Positions 1 through 8,205 of a stretch of DNA of 64,000 bases are shown here, one piece after another. The stretch is from Gammaproteobacteria bacterium (GTDB lineage Bacteria > Pseudomonadota > Gammaproteobacteria > Natronospirales > JAJUFS01). Every line of letters starts with the position of its first letter. The stretch's first letter is position 1. The stretch is from the NCBI GenBank assembly GCA_033720895.1, contig JAWWBS010000002.1, forward strand, positions 10,591-74,590. The letters are read 5' to 3'. The translations under genes and the position numbers were made by a program. The notes beneath the pieces were generated by a model. It was given only the letters and a program-made list of their open reading frames with translations. It searched no databases and was not told the DNA's origin.

Positions 1-649
1 CGTTGAACGAGGTCAGCATCGCGGTGTCGTTGTTGGCTTCCATCATGCGCTCGGCAATGCGCGAACGCAGGCGGGTCATCGGCACGCGACGCTCTTCACG
101 ACTGCCTCGCGCGGCCGGCGCTGCCGAACCGCTAGCCGCTGACGACTTGTCGGCCGGCTGGCTGCCGCCCTTGTCGCCACCGTTCTCCATGTAATCCAGC
201 ACATCGGCCTTGGTGAGGCGGCCGTCCTTGCCGGTACCCGAGATCTTCGACGGATCGAGGTCATGCTCTTCGACCAGGCGGCGAACCGACGGGCTCAATG
301 GCTTGTCGCCACCGCTCGACTTCTGCTCGCTCTTGCTCTCGCTCTTTTCCTGGCTGGCGGCAGGCTTGTCTTCCTTCTTGTCGCCATCAGAATCACCGGC
401 CGGAGCGCCTTCGCCCTCTTCGATCACGGCAATCACTTCATCGCTACCGACGGTCGAGCCATCCTCGGCCTTGATCGACTTCAGGACACCCGATGCCGGT
501 GCCGGGCACTCGAGCACGACCTTGTCGGTCTCGATGTCGACGAGGTTCTCGTCGCGCTCGACGTAATCGCCCTCTTTCTTGTGCCAGTTGACCAGCGTCG
601 CGTCGGCGACGGATTCCGGAAGTTGCGGAACCTTGACTTCGGTGCTCAT
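1..649 (-). CDS. sucB: Dihydrolipoyllysine-residue succinyltransferase (2-oxoglutarate dehydrogenase E2), N-terminal part; 3' end lies beyond the window edge
   Basis: The minus-strand frame is open from ATG at 649 to position 1, so it is absent from the ORF track (no in-window stop). My translation starts MSTEVKVPQLPESVADATLVNWHKKEGDYVERDENLVDIETDKVVLE (lipoyl domain with DIETDKV lipoyl-lysine motif). It continues with a charged Ala/Pro/Ser linker, an E3-binding-like LSPSVRRLVEEHDLD segment and RVPMTRLRSRIAERM. The start lies 2 nt after the sucA stop. Confidence 0.93.
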   Translation of the reverse strand, partial: MSTEVKVPQLPESVADATLVNWHKKEGDYVERDENLVDIETDKVVLECPAPASGVLKSIKAEDGSTVGSDEVIAVIEEGEGAPAGDSDGDKKEDKPAASQEKSESKSEQKSSGGDKPLSPSVRRLVEEHDLDPSKISGTGKDGRLTKADVLDYMENGGDKGGSQPADKSSAASGSAAPAARGSREERRVPMTRLRSRIAERMMEANNDTAMLTSFN

Positions 650-651
650 GA

Positions 652-3510
652 CTACTCCGTACCTGTTTTCTTGGATTTGTTGGAATTGGCAGTGTTGCGA
701 CCGCCATTCAATGCGTCATCAATCAATGCTTTCTGCTCTGCGACATGCATCTGGTAGTAACCAGCTGCCGTCGACGCCGCATGTTCGCGGCCTGCGTAGC
801 GCAGTTCGTGTTTCTTGCCGAGCCCACCCTGGAGGCGGTGACGAATCTGGTACCAGGCACCCTGGTTCATCGGCTCTTCCTGGCACCAGACGATGTCGGT
901 GGCATTCGAATACTTTGCCAGCTCTTCTGCGTATTCCTTCTCGGGGAAGGGATACAGCTGTTCGATGCGGACCAGAGCGACGTCGTCCAGCTCTTCATTG
1001 CGGCGCTCTTCCAGGAGGTCGTAATAGACCTTGCCGGAACAGAAGACCACCGTCTTGACCGACTTGGGCTTGATGTCGTCGATTTCCGGGATGATCAGGT
1101 GGAACTTGCCACCCGTCAGGTCCGACAGCGGCGAAACCGACTGCTTGTGGCGCAGCAGGCTCTTCGGCGTCATCACGATCAGCGGCTTGCGCAATTCGCG
1201 AACCATCTGCCGGCGCAGCATGTGGAACATCTGGGCCGGCGTGGTCGGTACGCAGACCTGCATGTTGTGCTGGGCACAAAGCTGCAGGTAGCGCTCGAGG
1301 CGCGCCGAGGAATGCTCGGGGCCTTGTCCTTCGTAACCGTGCGGCAGGAACATGACCAGGCCGCAGAGGCGGCCCCACTTGGCCTCGCCAGAAGACAGGA
1401 ACTGGTCGACCACAACCTGCGCCCCGTTTGCGAAGTCGCCGAACTGGGCTTCCCAGATCACCAGCGTGGTCGGATCAGCCGTGCAGTAACCGTATTCGAA
1501 ACCGAGCACCGCTTCTTCCGACAGCAGTGAATCCACTACCGTGAAACTGCGCTGGTCATCCGACAGGTGACGGAGCGGCACGTAGGTGCCGGCATCCTTC
1601 TGGTTGTGCCAGACCGCATGGCGGTGGAAAAAGGTACCGCGTCCGGAATCCTGGCCGACCAGGCGTACCGGGCTGCCGGAGGTCAGCAGCGATGCATAGG
1701 CCATTGTCTCGGCGAAACCCCAGTCCATGTCGATCTCGCCGGCCAGCATCTTGCGACGCCCCTCGACGATCTTTTCGACACGGCTGTGCAGTTCGACGTC
1801 GTCAGGGACATCGATGATGCGATCGCCGAGCTTCTTGACGTCGGATTTCTTGATGGTCGTGTCGACTTCGTCTTCCAGCGACTGGCGGAAATACTTCGAC
1901 CAGTCGACCGTGTATTCGTTGCCGATCATGCCGAGATGCGACTTGGCACGCGTCTGGCCCTCTTCCAGGCCGCCGCGATAGTCGTCCAGCATCTTCTTGA
2001 TCGCATCGCCGTCAACCACGCCCTCGCCTTCCAGCTGGTCGGCATAAATGCCACGCGTGGTTTTCTTGGCGCGAATGGTCTTGTACATGACCGGCTGGGT
2101 AGCCGAAGGCTCGTCGGCCTCGTTGTGACCATGACGGCGATAGCAGACGAGGTCGATTACCACGTCCTTGTGAAAGCGCTGGCGGTAATTCAATGCAATG
2201 CGCGTGGCATGGATGACCGCCTCGGGGTCGTCACCGTTCACGTGCAGGATAGGTGCCTCGAGCATCTTGGCAATGTCGGTGCAGTACGGCGTCGAGCGCG
2301 CATCGCGCGGGTCGGAAATCGTGAATCCGACCTGGTTGTTGCAGACAATATGAACCGTGCCGCCGGTGGCGAAACCTCTCGCCTGCGACAGCTGCAGCGT
2401 TTCCATGACCACGCCCTGGCCCGCAAAGGCGGCGTCGCCATGCACCAGGATCGGCATGACCTTTTCGCCATGCTTGTCGCAACGACGATCCTGGCGAGCA
2501 CGCACGGATCCTTCGACCACCGGATTGACGATCTCGAGATGCGACGGATTGAATGCCAGCGCGAGATGGACATTGCCACCTTCGGTCTTGATGTCGGACG
2601 AGAAGCCCTGGTGGTACTTCACATCACCCGAGCGATCTTCGTGGTTGTCATGTTTGCCTTCGAATTCGGAGAACAGCTCCGACGGGCTCTTGCCAAGCAC
2701 GTTGATCAGCACGTTCAGGCGACCGCGATGCGCCATGCCGACCACAATTTCTTCGACGCCCTGCTTGCCGCCCTGCTGGATCAGGTCGTTCAACATCGGA
2801 ATGAGGCTCTCGCCACCTTCCAGCGAAAATCGCTTCTGGCCCACGTAACGCGTATGCAGGTATTTTTCCATGCCCTCGGCAGCCGTCAGCTGCTCGAGCA
2901 GGTTGATCTTTTCGTCTTTCTGCAGGTCCGCCTTGCCACGACTGCCTTCGATCTGCTGCTTCAGCCAGCCGCGCTCTTCCGAGTTGGTGACATGCATGTA
3001 TTCGAAACCGATGGAACCGGTGTAGGTCTCGTCCAGCATGGAGACCAGGTCGCGCAGCTTCATGGTGGCATCACCGCCATCAGCAAGCGTGGCGAACTCG
3101 GTGTCCATGTCCGAATCGCCCAGGCCATGGAAGGCCGGGGTCAGGTCCGGAACGTCGGGCAGTTCGGTCAGGTCTAGCGGATCGGTCTTGGCACGCCGAT
3201 GACCGCGACCGCGATAGGCCTCGATCAGGCGCATCACCGAGGCCTGCTTGCGAATCAGGCTCTCATCGACACCACCACTGGCGGCCAGCCGTGGCTGCCG
3301 GGCGCGCGCGGCGAATTCCTGCTTGATGGGGCCGTGCGGAATGCCGCCGCCCTCGTGTCCCGCCGCCTCGAAGCCACGGAAATAATCCTGCCATTCGTCG
3401 GGCAGGCTGGAGGGATCAGCCAGGAAATGTTCGTAGAGTTCTTCCAGGTAGGCTGCATTGCCACCGGAAAAAAGGGAGGACTTCAATTGCTGTTCGTATG
3501 AGTCACTCAT
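652..3510 (-). CDS. sucA: 2-oxoglutarate dehydrogenase E1 component
   Basis: ORF 652..3591 carries SucA-type sequence over its full length (SSLFSGGNAAYLEELYEHFLADPSSLP..., thiamine-diphosphate E1 family). I place the start at the internal ATG at 3510 (MSDSYEQQLK), where similarity to SucA N-termini begins. sucB follows immediately. Confidence 0.95.
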   Translation of the reverse strand: MSDSYEQQLKSSLFSGGNAAYLEELYEHFLADPSSLPDEWQDYFRGFEAAGHEGGGIPHGPIKQEFAARARQPRLAASGGVDESLIRKQASVMRLIEAYRGRGHRRAKTDPLDLTELPDVPDLTPAFHGLGDSDMDTEFATLADGGDATMKLRDLVSMLDETYTGSIGFEYMHVTNSEERGWLKQQIEGSRGKADLQKDEKINLLEQLTAAEGMEKYLHTRYVGQKRFSLEGGESLIPMLNDLIQQGGKQGVEEIVVGMAHRGRLNVLINVLGKSPSELFSEFEGKHDNHEDRSGDVKYHQGFSSDIKTEGGNVHLALAFNPSHLEIVNPVVEGSVRARQDRRCDKHGEKVMPILVHGDAAFAGQGVVMETLQLSQARGFATGGTVHIVCNNQVGFTISDPRDARSTPYCTDIAKMLEAPILHVNGDDPEAVIHATRIALNYRQRFHKDVVIDLVCYRRHGHNEADEPSATQPVMYKTIRAKKTTRGIYADQLEGEGVVDGDAIKKMLDDYRGGLEEGQTRAKSHLGMIGNEYTVDWSKYFRQSLEDEVDTTIKKSDVKKLGDRIIDVPDDVELHSRVEKIVEGRRKMLAGEIDMDWGFAETMAYASLLTSGSPVRLVGQDSGRGTFFHRHAVWHNQKDAGTYVPLRHLSDDQRSFTVVDSLLSEEAVLGFEYGYCTADPTTLVIWEAQFGDFANGAQVVVDQFLSSGEAKWGRLCGLVMFLPHGYEGQGPEHSSARLERYLQLCAQHNMQVCVPTTPAQMFHMLRRQMVRELRKPLIVMTPKSLLRHKQSVSPLSDLTGGKFHLIIPEIDDIKPKSVKTVVFCSGKVYYDLLEERRNEELDDVALVRIEQLYPFPEKEYAEELAKYSNATDIVWCQEEPMNQGAWYQIRHRLQGGLGKKHELRYAGREHAASTAAGYYQMHVAEQKALIDDALNGGRNTANSNKSKKTGTE

Positions 3511-3938
3511 TGTGTTGTTATCAACGCCCTTCTTGGTCGCGGAATTGATGACGGTAACCCCTTGGTCGGGGCCCTGCAGTCGCCGCATCACCCAAGCCCT
3601 TGAATTTCGGGAACTTTTTCGACTTCAACGGCCGAAAGCGATCAATCCGGGGAAACGCTGTGATGACACGAGCAACAGGGCGGAAAGTTTAGCTGATCTG
3701 GCAGGAAGAAGAAACGCCGTTTCCGGAAAAAATCCAAGCATGGCGGGCATTTGAAGCGCATTATTGCCGGATGCCAAAGCTCGTCGACAGCACCTGGCAA
3801 CGCGGCGCGGCGATCACCGCCAGCCAGCCAGGCGCGAAAAGCCGAGAACGCCAGTGCTGGCGTTCACCTCATTTGGCGACATTTATCGCTTTTTGTCGAG
3901 ATATCGCTGATTTTAAGCGAATTTTCAACCAGCAAGAT

Positions 3939-4015
3939 TGGTGCCCCGGGCAGGAGTCGAACCTGCGACCTGTCGCTTAGGAGGCGACTGCTCTATCCAG
4001 CTGAGCTACCGGGGC
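3939..4015 (-). tRNA. tRNA-Arg, anticodon CCT
   Basis: The minus-strand 77-nt sequence GCCCCGGTAGCTCAGCTGGATAGAGCAGTCGCCTCCTAAGCGACAGGTCGCAGGTTCGACTCCTGCCCGGGGCACCA folds as a cloverleaf: 7-bp acceptor stem, D arm GCTC/GAGC, anticodon stem GTCGC/GCGAC with loop CTCCTAA, T arm GCAGG-TTCGACT-CCTGC, encoded CCA. Confidence 0.95.
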
Positions 4016-4080
4016 GATAGGCTCACAAGCCGCCGGATTGTAACCGAAAGACCCATCGGCCTCACCCCCGCCGTGGCGGG

Positions 4081-4713
4081 CTACCGGTAGAAATACTGCA
4101 AGGAGAAATTGAGGCTGTTGGACTGGAATTGCCCACCGGAAATCATTTCCTTGTATTCGATATTGACCCAGTATTCACGCGACAGGGCAAACTCCACTCC
4201 CCCGCCCAGCATGAAACCGTTGTCGTCAAACACATTGGCCGACTGCTTGCGCAGCCCGAAGACCAGGAACGGACGCCATTCCGTACGCCGATGGTCATAG
4301 ATTCTCGCGTAGGCATCGAGCAGGTAGTTCAGTTCCCGCTCGACCTCGTTGGTGCTGCCATCGTCGAAGATCTCGGTATCGCTGTCCGACGTTGCAATGC
4401 CAATGCGAAAATCGAGATCGATGAAGCGACCGAAACGGGAAGTCGCACCGACCTGGACATACTCGTGCTGCCACTTGAGGTTGGGCTCGAAAATTTCAAT
4501 TTCGAATTGCTCGCCACTCCAGTTCCGGTACGTTTCGGTCTTCCGCAGGGTCCTGCGCTCGTAGGCCAGGACGCCAGCGTGGTAGGTGAACGAAAAATCC
4601 GTCGTGGTCCGCTCGGTCGGATCGAAGAACTTGTCCTCGTCCGCCACGCTTTCAAGTGGCAGCAGCGTCAGCAGCAATACGCAGGCACACATGCTTTTCC
4701 AGTACATCGGCAT
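4081..4713 (-). CDS. Outer-membrane beta-barrel family protein (hypothetical)
   Basis: It has a signal peptide (MPMYWKSMCACVLLLTLLPLESVA), alternating hydrophobic/aromatic strand pattern and an aromatic-rich C-terminus (SLQYFYR). GGAGA lies 4 nt upstream of ATG 4713. Local GC is clearly lower (about 47% over 4081-4200) than the flanks. Confidence 0.6.
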   Translation of the reverse strand: MPMYWKSMCACVLLLTLLPLESVADEDKFFDPTERTTTDFSFTYHAGVLAYERRTLRKTETYRNWSGEQFEIEIFEPNLKWQHEYVQVGATSRFGRFIDLDFRIGIATSDSDTEIFDDGSTNEVERELNYLLDAYARIYDHRRTEWRPFLVFGLRKQSANVFDDNGFMLGGGVEFALSREYWVNIEYKEMISGGQFQSNSLNFSLQYFYR

Positions 4714-4951
4714 TTCGTCTCCAGGCCCCGCCCGCGGCAAAGGCGACTATCTGACAGGTACGGCATGGCGGAATCAAGATGCGATGCAGCAAGCTCAAGC
4801 GCGCCAGGTCCACCAGCCTGCATTCATGCAGGCACCTGCCAGCCGCAAGCCCCGGGCCAGTCTGCGCCCGGATTCCGCCATTCGACAGCCGGAGCACCGT
4901 GCAACATACTCGACATACTCGGTAATGCGTCATGCAGGAAGGTATGGGGTC

Positions 4952-5416
4952 ATGAAAGCAAGCATTCGCAACGCCAGGCCTGACGACCGCGACACGATCG
5001 TGCGCTTCAACCAGTTGCTGGCCAAGGAAACCGAGGACAAGGACATACCGGCCGCGGTGCTCGAACCCGGGGTGGGTGCCTTGTTGTCTGATCCGCACAA
5101 GGGCCGCTATTTCATCTACGAGGTCGATGGCAAGGCACTGGGCCAGACCATGATCACCTACGAATGGTCGGACTGGCGCAATGGCTGGTTCTGGTGGATC
5201 CAGAGCGTGTACGTCGACCGCTCGATTCGTGGCAGTGGCGCTTTTGGCGCACTGTATCGCCATATAAAAGAGCTGGCGGAAACCGAGCCAGACGTCTGCG
5301 GCATCCGGCTCTACGTGGAGAAGCAGAACGAACACGCAACCGCCGTCTACCTGGCGCTGGGCTTCCAGCACACCCACTACAACCTGCTGGAAGTGGACTT
5401 TCGCGCCACGGGCTGA
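4952..5416 (+). CDS. GNAT family N-acetyltransferase
   Basis: MKASIRNARPDDRDTIVRFNQLL... with an acetyl-CoA binding-type core (QSVYVDRSIRGSGAFGALYRHI) and C-terminal YLALGF. AGGAAGG SD-like sequence precedes ATG 4952. The long upstream extension of ORF 4586..5416 has no supporting signal. Confidence 0.8.
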   Translation: MKASIRNARPDDRDTIVRFNQLLAKETEDKDIPAAVLEPGVGALLSDPHKGRYFIYEVDGKALGQTMITYEWSDWRNGWFWWIQSVYVDRSIRGSGAFGALYRHIKELAETEPDVCGIRLYVEKQNEHATAVYLALGFQHTHYNLLEVDFRATG

Positions 5417-5445
5417 CGACGACATTCCCGAACAAGGAGAAAGAC

Positions 5446-5886
5446 ATGCTGGAAATTGGCAGCAAGGCCCCCGACTTCACCCTGCCCTCCGATCGTGATG
5501 GCGAGGTTTCACTCACCACGCTGCTGAAGAATGGTCCGGTCCTCCTGTATTTCTACCCGGCCGACTTCACGCCGGGATGCACCAAGGAAGCCTGCAACCT
5601 GCGTGACCAGTTCCCGCGCAGCCAGGCCAAGGGCATGAGCATTGCCGGGGTCAGCCCGCAGGGCCCGGCATCACATGCAAAATTCAGGGCCGAACACCAG
5701 TTGCCATTCATCCTCCTCTCGGATGAGGACAAGCGCGTGATCAAGGCCTACGATGCCAATGGCCCGCTGGGCATCGGCGTGCGACGCGTTACCTATCTCA
5801 TCGACCAGGATGGAACCATCAAGGATGCCGTACTTGCCGATTTCCGCATCGGCAAGCACAAGGCGTTTGTCGAATCACTGCTTTGA
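5446..5886 (+). CDS. bcp: Thioredoxin-dependent peroxiredoxin Bcp
   Basis: MLEIGSKAPDFTLPSDRDGEVSLTTLLKNGPVLLYFYPADFTPGCTKEAC carries the peroxiredoxin PxxxTxxC active site. AAGGAGA SD lies upstream of ATG 5446. Confidence 0.9.
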   Translation: MLEIGSKAPDFTLPSDRDGEVSLTTLLKNGPVLLYFYPADFTPGCTKEACNLRDQFPRSQAKGMSIAGVSPQGPASHAKFRAEHQLPFILLSDEDKRVIKAYDANGPLGIGVRRVTYLIDQDGTIKDAVLADFRIGKHKAFVESLL

Positions 5887-5894
5887 CAGCCTGA

Positions 5895-6308
5895 TCAGCC
5901 CAGCACGGTAACAACGATTCGGCGCCGGTGTGGCGCTGCCCGGTGTTCATAAAGGAACACGCCCTGCCAGGTGCCCAGCTTCAGGCGGCCCGCAGCAACC
6001 GGCACTACCAGTGACGATTCGGTCAGCATGGTCCTGATGTGCGCCGACATGTCATCGGGACCTTCGTCGCGATGCCGGAAGCGGGCATCGCCATCCGGCG
6101 CCAGGTCGGCCAGGACGGTCTCGATATCACCGCGCACGTCGGGATCGGCATTCTCGGTCAGCAGCAGCGAGGCACTGGTATGAAGGATGAACAACTGGCA
6201 GATACCCGTCTCGATGCCCGCATGCTCCAGTGCCGCGTTGACCCGCGCGGTGATGTCCTCGGTACCCCGGCCGCCGGTCTCGAACTCGATGATGTCCTGG
6301 AATGCCAT
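5895..6308 (-). CDS. YjbQ/UPF0047 family protein (secondary thiamine-phosphate synthase-like)
   Basis: A 137-aa protein with the characteristic LFILHTSASLLLTENADPDVRGD and AHIRTML...GRLKLGTWQGVFLYEHR motifs of the YjbQ family. Confidence 0.8.
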   Translation of the reverse strand: MAFQDIIEFETGGRGTEDITARVNAALEHAGIETGICQLFILHTSASLLLTENADPDVRGDIETVLADLAPDGDARFRHRDEGPDDMSAHIRTMLTESSLVVPVAAGRLKLGTWQGVFLYEHRAAPHRRRIVVTVLG

Positions 6309-6415
6309 GCCTGTTCCTCCCCTTGAGCGACCCTGCTCATGGTAGCGACAAGTCCTTGTTCTGCAAGGCCATAATCAGACCCCGCGCAGTGGGGGAAAAT
6401 TCACTTTTATATAGC

Positions 6416-6437
6416 TTCGATATAACGTTTCGATATA
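6416..6437. promoter_or_regulatory. Direct repeat TTCGATATA x2 (starts 6416 and 6429) in the AT-rich region upstream of padR; candidate operator/promoter
   Basis: Read directly: ...tatatagcTTCGATATAacgtTTCGATATAgtaaact..., 37-58 bp upstream of the padR ATG. A TATAGT -10-like hexamer lies at 6434..6439. Confidence 0.35.
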
Positions 6438-6473
6438 GTAAACTACCAGGCTTTCTCGCAACGAGACTGTTCC

Positions 6474-7040
6474 ATGGACGTCAAGACCCTCTGCCTGGGT
6501 GTGCTGACCGAAGGCGAAGCCTCCGGTTATGACATCAAGAAAACCTTCGAATGCACCTTCAGCCATTTTTTCGTGGCGGGTTTCGGCTCGATCTACCCGG
6601 CGCTGGCGGAATTGACCGAGAAAGGCCTGGTGACCTGTCGTGCGGAAGCCCAGGCAAGCAGGCCGGATCGCAAGGTCTATGCCATCACCGCTGCCGGCCG
6701 CGAGGTCTTCCAGCAATCCCTGGAAAGCACGCCACCACGCCACAAGATCCGCTCGGAATTCCTGGTGCTGCTGCATTTTGCGCACCGGCTTCCCGAGGAC
6801 CGGCTGCGCGCCATCATCGACGAGCGGCTGGGCGAACTGACACGCGACCTGTCCATGCTGGAACATCTGTTCGCCCAGCATGATCGCGGCGAATGGGACA
6901 TCGAGCCGGGGCAGCGCTTCGGTGCCGGCATGGCGCATGCGGCCATGAAAGCCAGCCGCGATTTCATCACTGAATACCGCCAGAATTTGCTGGAACAAAT
7001 CACGACCAGGGGCAGTCAGACATCTCGCAAGCGTGCCTGA
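6474..7040 (+). CDS. PadR family transcriptional regulator
   Basis: The N-terminal winged-helix region is typical of PadR (LGVLTEGEASGYDIKKTF...GSIYPALAELTEKGLV...RKVYAITAAGREVF). It sits first in a co-directional cluster with the MFP and RND genes. Confidence 0.85.
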   Translation: MDVKTLCLGVLTEGEASGYDIKKTFECTFSHFFVAGFGSIYPALAELTEKGLVTCRAEAQASRPDRKVYAITAAGREVFQQSLESTPPRHKIRSEFLVLLHFAHRLPEDRLRAIIDERLGELTRDLSMLEHLFAQHDRGEWDIEPGQRFGAGMAHAAMKASRDFITEYRQNLLEQITTRGSQTSRKRA

Positions 7041-7086
7041 CTACTCGCAATCAACTTTCTGAACGACAAGAGCAAGGAAAAGAAAC

Positions 7087-8205
7087 ATGTCGAGCAACAG
7101 CAACCGCAGCCCCTGGATCCTATCCGGCACCATCCTGCTGGCCATTGTCATCTGGATGAGTTCGGCGTTGTTCATGCCCGCCGAAGAATCCCCTGCGGCA
7201 GAAGGATCGACGGCCACGGCAGAGAAACCGTTGCAGGAAGTGCGGGTAACCGAGCAACAGGCGGAGCCGGTTGCGCGTTTCGTGACGGTTTATGGTCGCA
7301 GCGAACCGGCCCGCAGCGTGACCTTGAAAGCCGAAACCGCCGGCACGGTAACCGCTGTCAACGCCGAACGCGGCCTGCATGTCGAGACCGGCACCGCGCT
7401 GGTCACCATCGACACGCGTGACCGCCGCGAGCAGCTGCGTCGTGCCGAGGCCGATGTCGAGAAGGCCCGCATCCAGTATGACGCCGAAAAGCGCTTGCAG
7501 GGCGACAGCCTGTCGTCAGACGTGCGCATTGCCGAAGCCATGGCAGGACTGGAGGCGGCGAAAGCCGAGTTGAAACGCATCCGCATCGATCTCGACAAGA
7601 CCTCCATCAAGGCACCCTTCGCCGGCAGCCTGAATACGCGCATGGTGGAAGTGGGTGACTACGTGAAGGTGGCAGACCCTATTGGCGAATTCGTCGAGCT
7701 CGACACCCTGATCATCACCGGCAGCGTATCCGAGACCGAGCGCGCCAACCTCGAGGTCGGCAAGCAGGCCAGCGCCAGGTTGATTACCGGCCAGACTGCC
7801 AGCGGCAAGATCCGTTACATCGCCCCGGTCGCCGAGGAAACCACCCGTACGTTCCTGGTGGAGATCGAAGTGGATAACAGTGACCATGCCCTGCCTGCCG
7901 GCGTCACTGCGGAAATCGACCTGCCGATCGGCACGGGTCTCGCGCATCGCATTTCGCCTGCCATCCTGGCCCTGGACAAGAACGGTGATATCGGCGTCAA
8001 GGTTGTCGATGACAACGACCGCGTGCAGTTCATGCCCGTCACCGTCGTGAAGTCCACCGACAATGGCATCTGGATCGATGGCCTGGGAAGCAAGGCGCGC
8101 ATCATCACTGTCGGCCAGGGCTTCGTGCGCGACGGTGACCGGGTCAGGCCGGTCGTCGAGACGACCACACCGGCAGCAGCACTGGCTGGCAAGGGAGAGC
8201 AGTAA
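7087..8205 (+). CDS. Efflux RND transporter periplasmic adaptor (membrane fusion protein)
   Basis: It has an N-terminal TM anchor, a coiled-coil hairpin region (REQLRRAEADVEKARIQYDAEKRL...LEAAKAELKRIRIDLDKTSIKAPFAG) and lipoyl/beta-barrel MFP signatures. Its TAATG junction overlaps the RND permease start. Confidence 0.9.
   Translation: MSSNSNRSPWILSGTILLAIVIWMSSALFMPAEESPAAEGSTATAEKPLQEVRVTEQQAEPVARFVTVYGRSEPARSVTLKAETAGTVTAVNAERGLHVETGTALVTIDTRDRREQLRRAEADVEKARIQYDAEKRLQGDSLSSDVRIAEAMAGLEAAKAELKRIRIDLDKTSIKAPFAGSLNTRMVEVGDYVKVADPIGEFVELDTLIITGSVSETERANLEVGKQASARLITGQTASGKIRYIAPVAEETTRTFLVEIEVDNSDHALPAGVTAEIDLPIGTGLAHRISPAILALDKNGDIGVKVVDDNDRVQFMPVTVVKSTDNGIWIDGLGSKARIITVGQGFVRDGDRVRPVVETTTPAAALAGKGEQ

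Noticed and set aside
1567-3177. 536-aa plus-strand ORF antisense to sucA
   Set aside because: It is a shadow ORF opposite a confidently identified E1 gene, with no recognisable motifs.
3511-3938. The largest intergenic gap (sucA upstream to tRNA-Arg), examined for an ncRNA, riboswitch or small ORF
   Set aside because: I found only short, weak hairpins (for example GGAAAC-gcc-GTTTCC and TCGCT-gatttta-AGCGA). The overlapping ORFs 3751..4020 and 3771..3980 run through the tRNA gene. Nothing there can be supported beyond a promoter/leader region.
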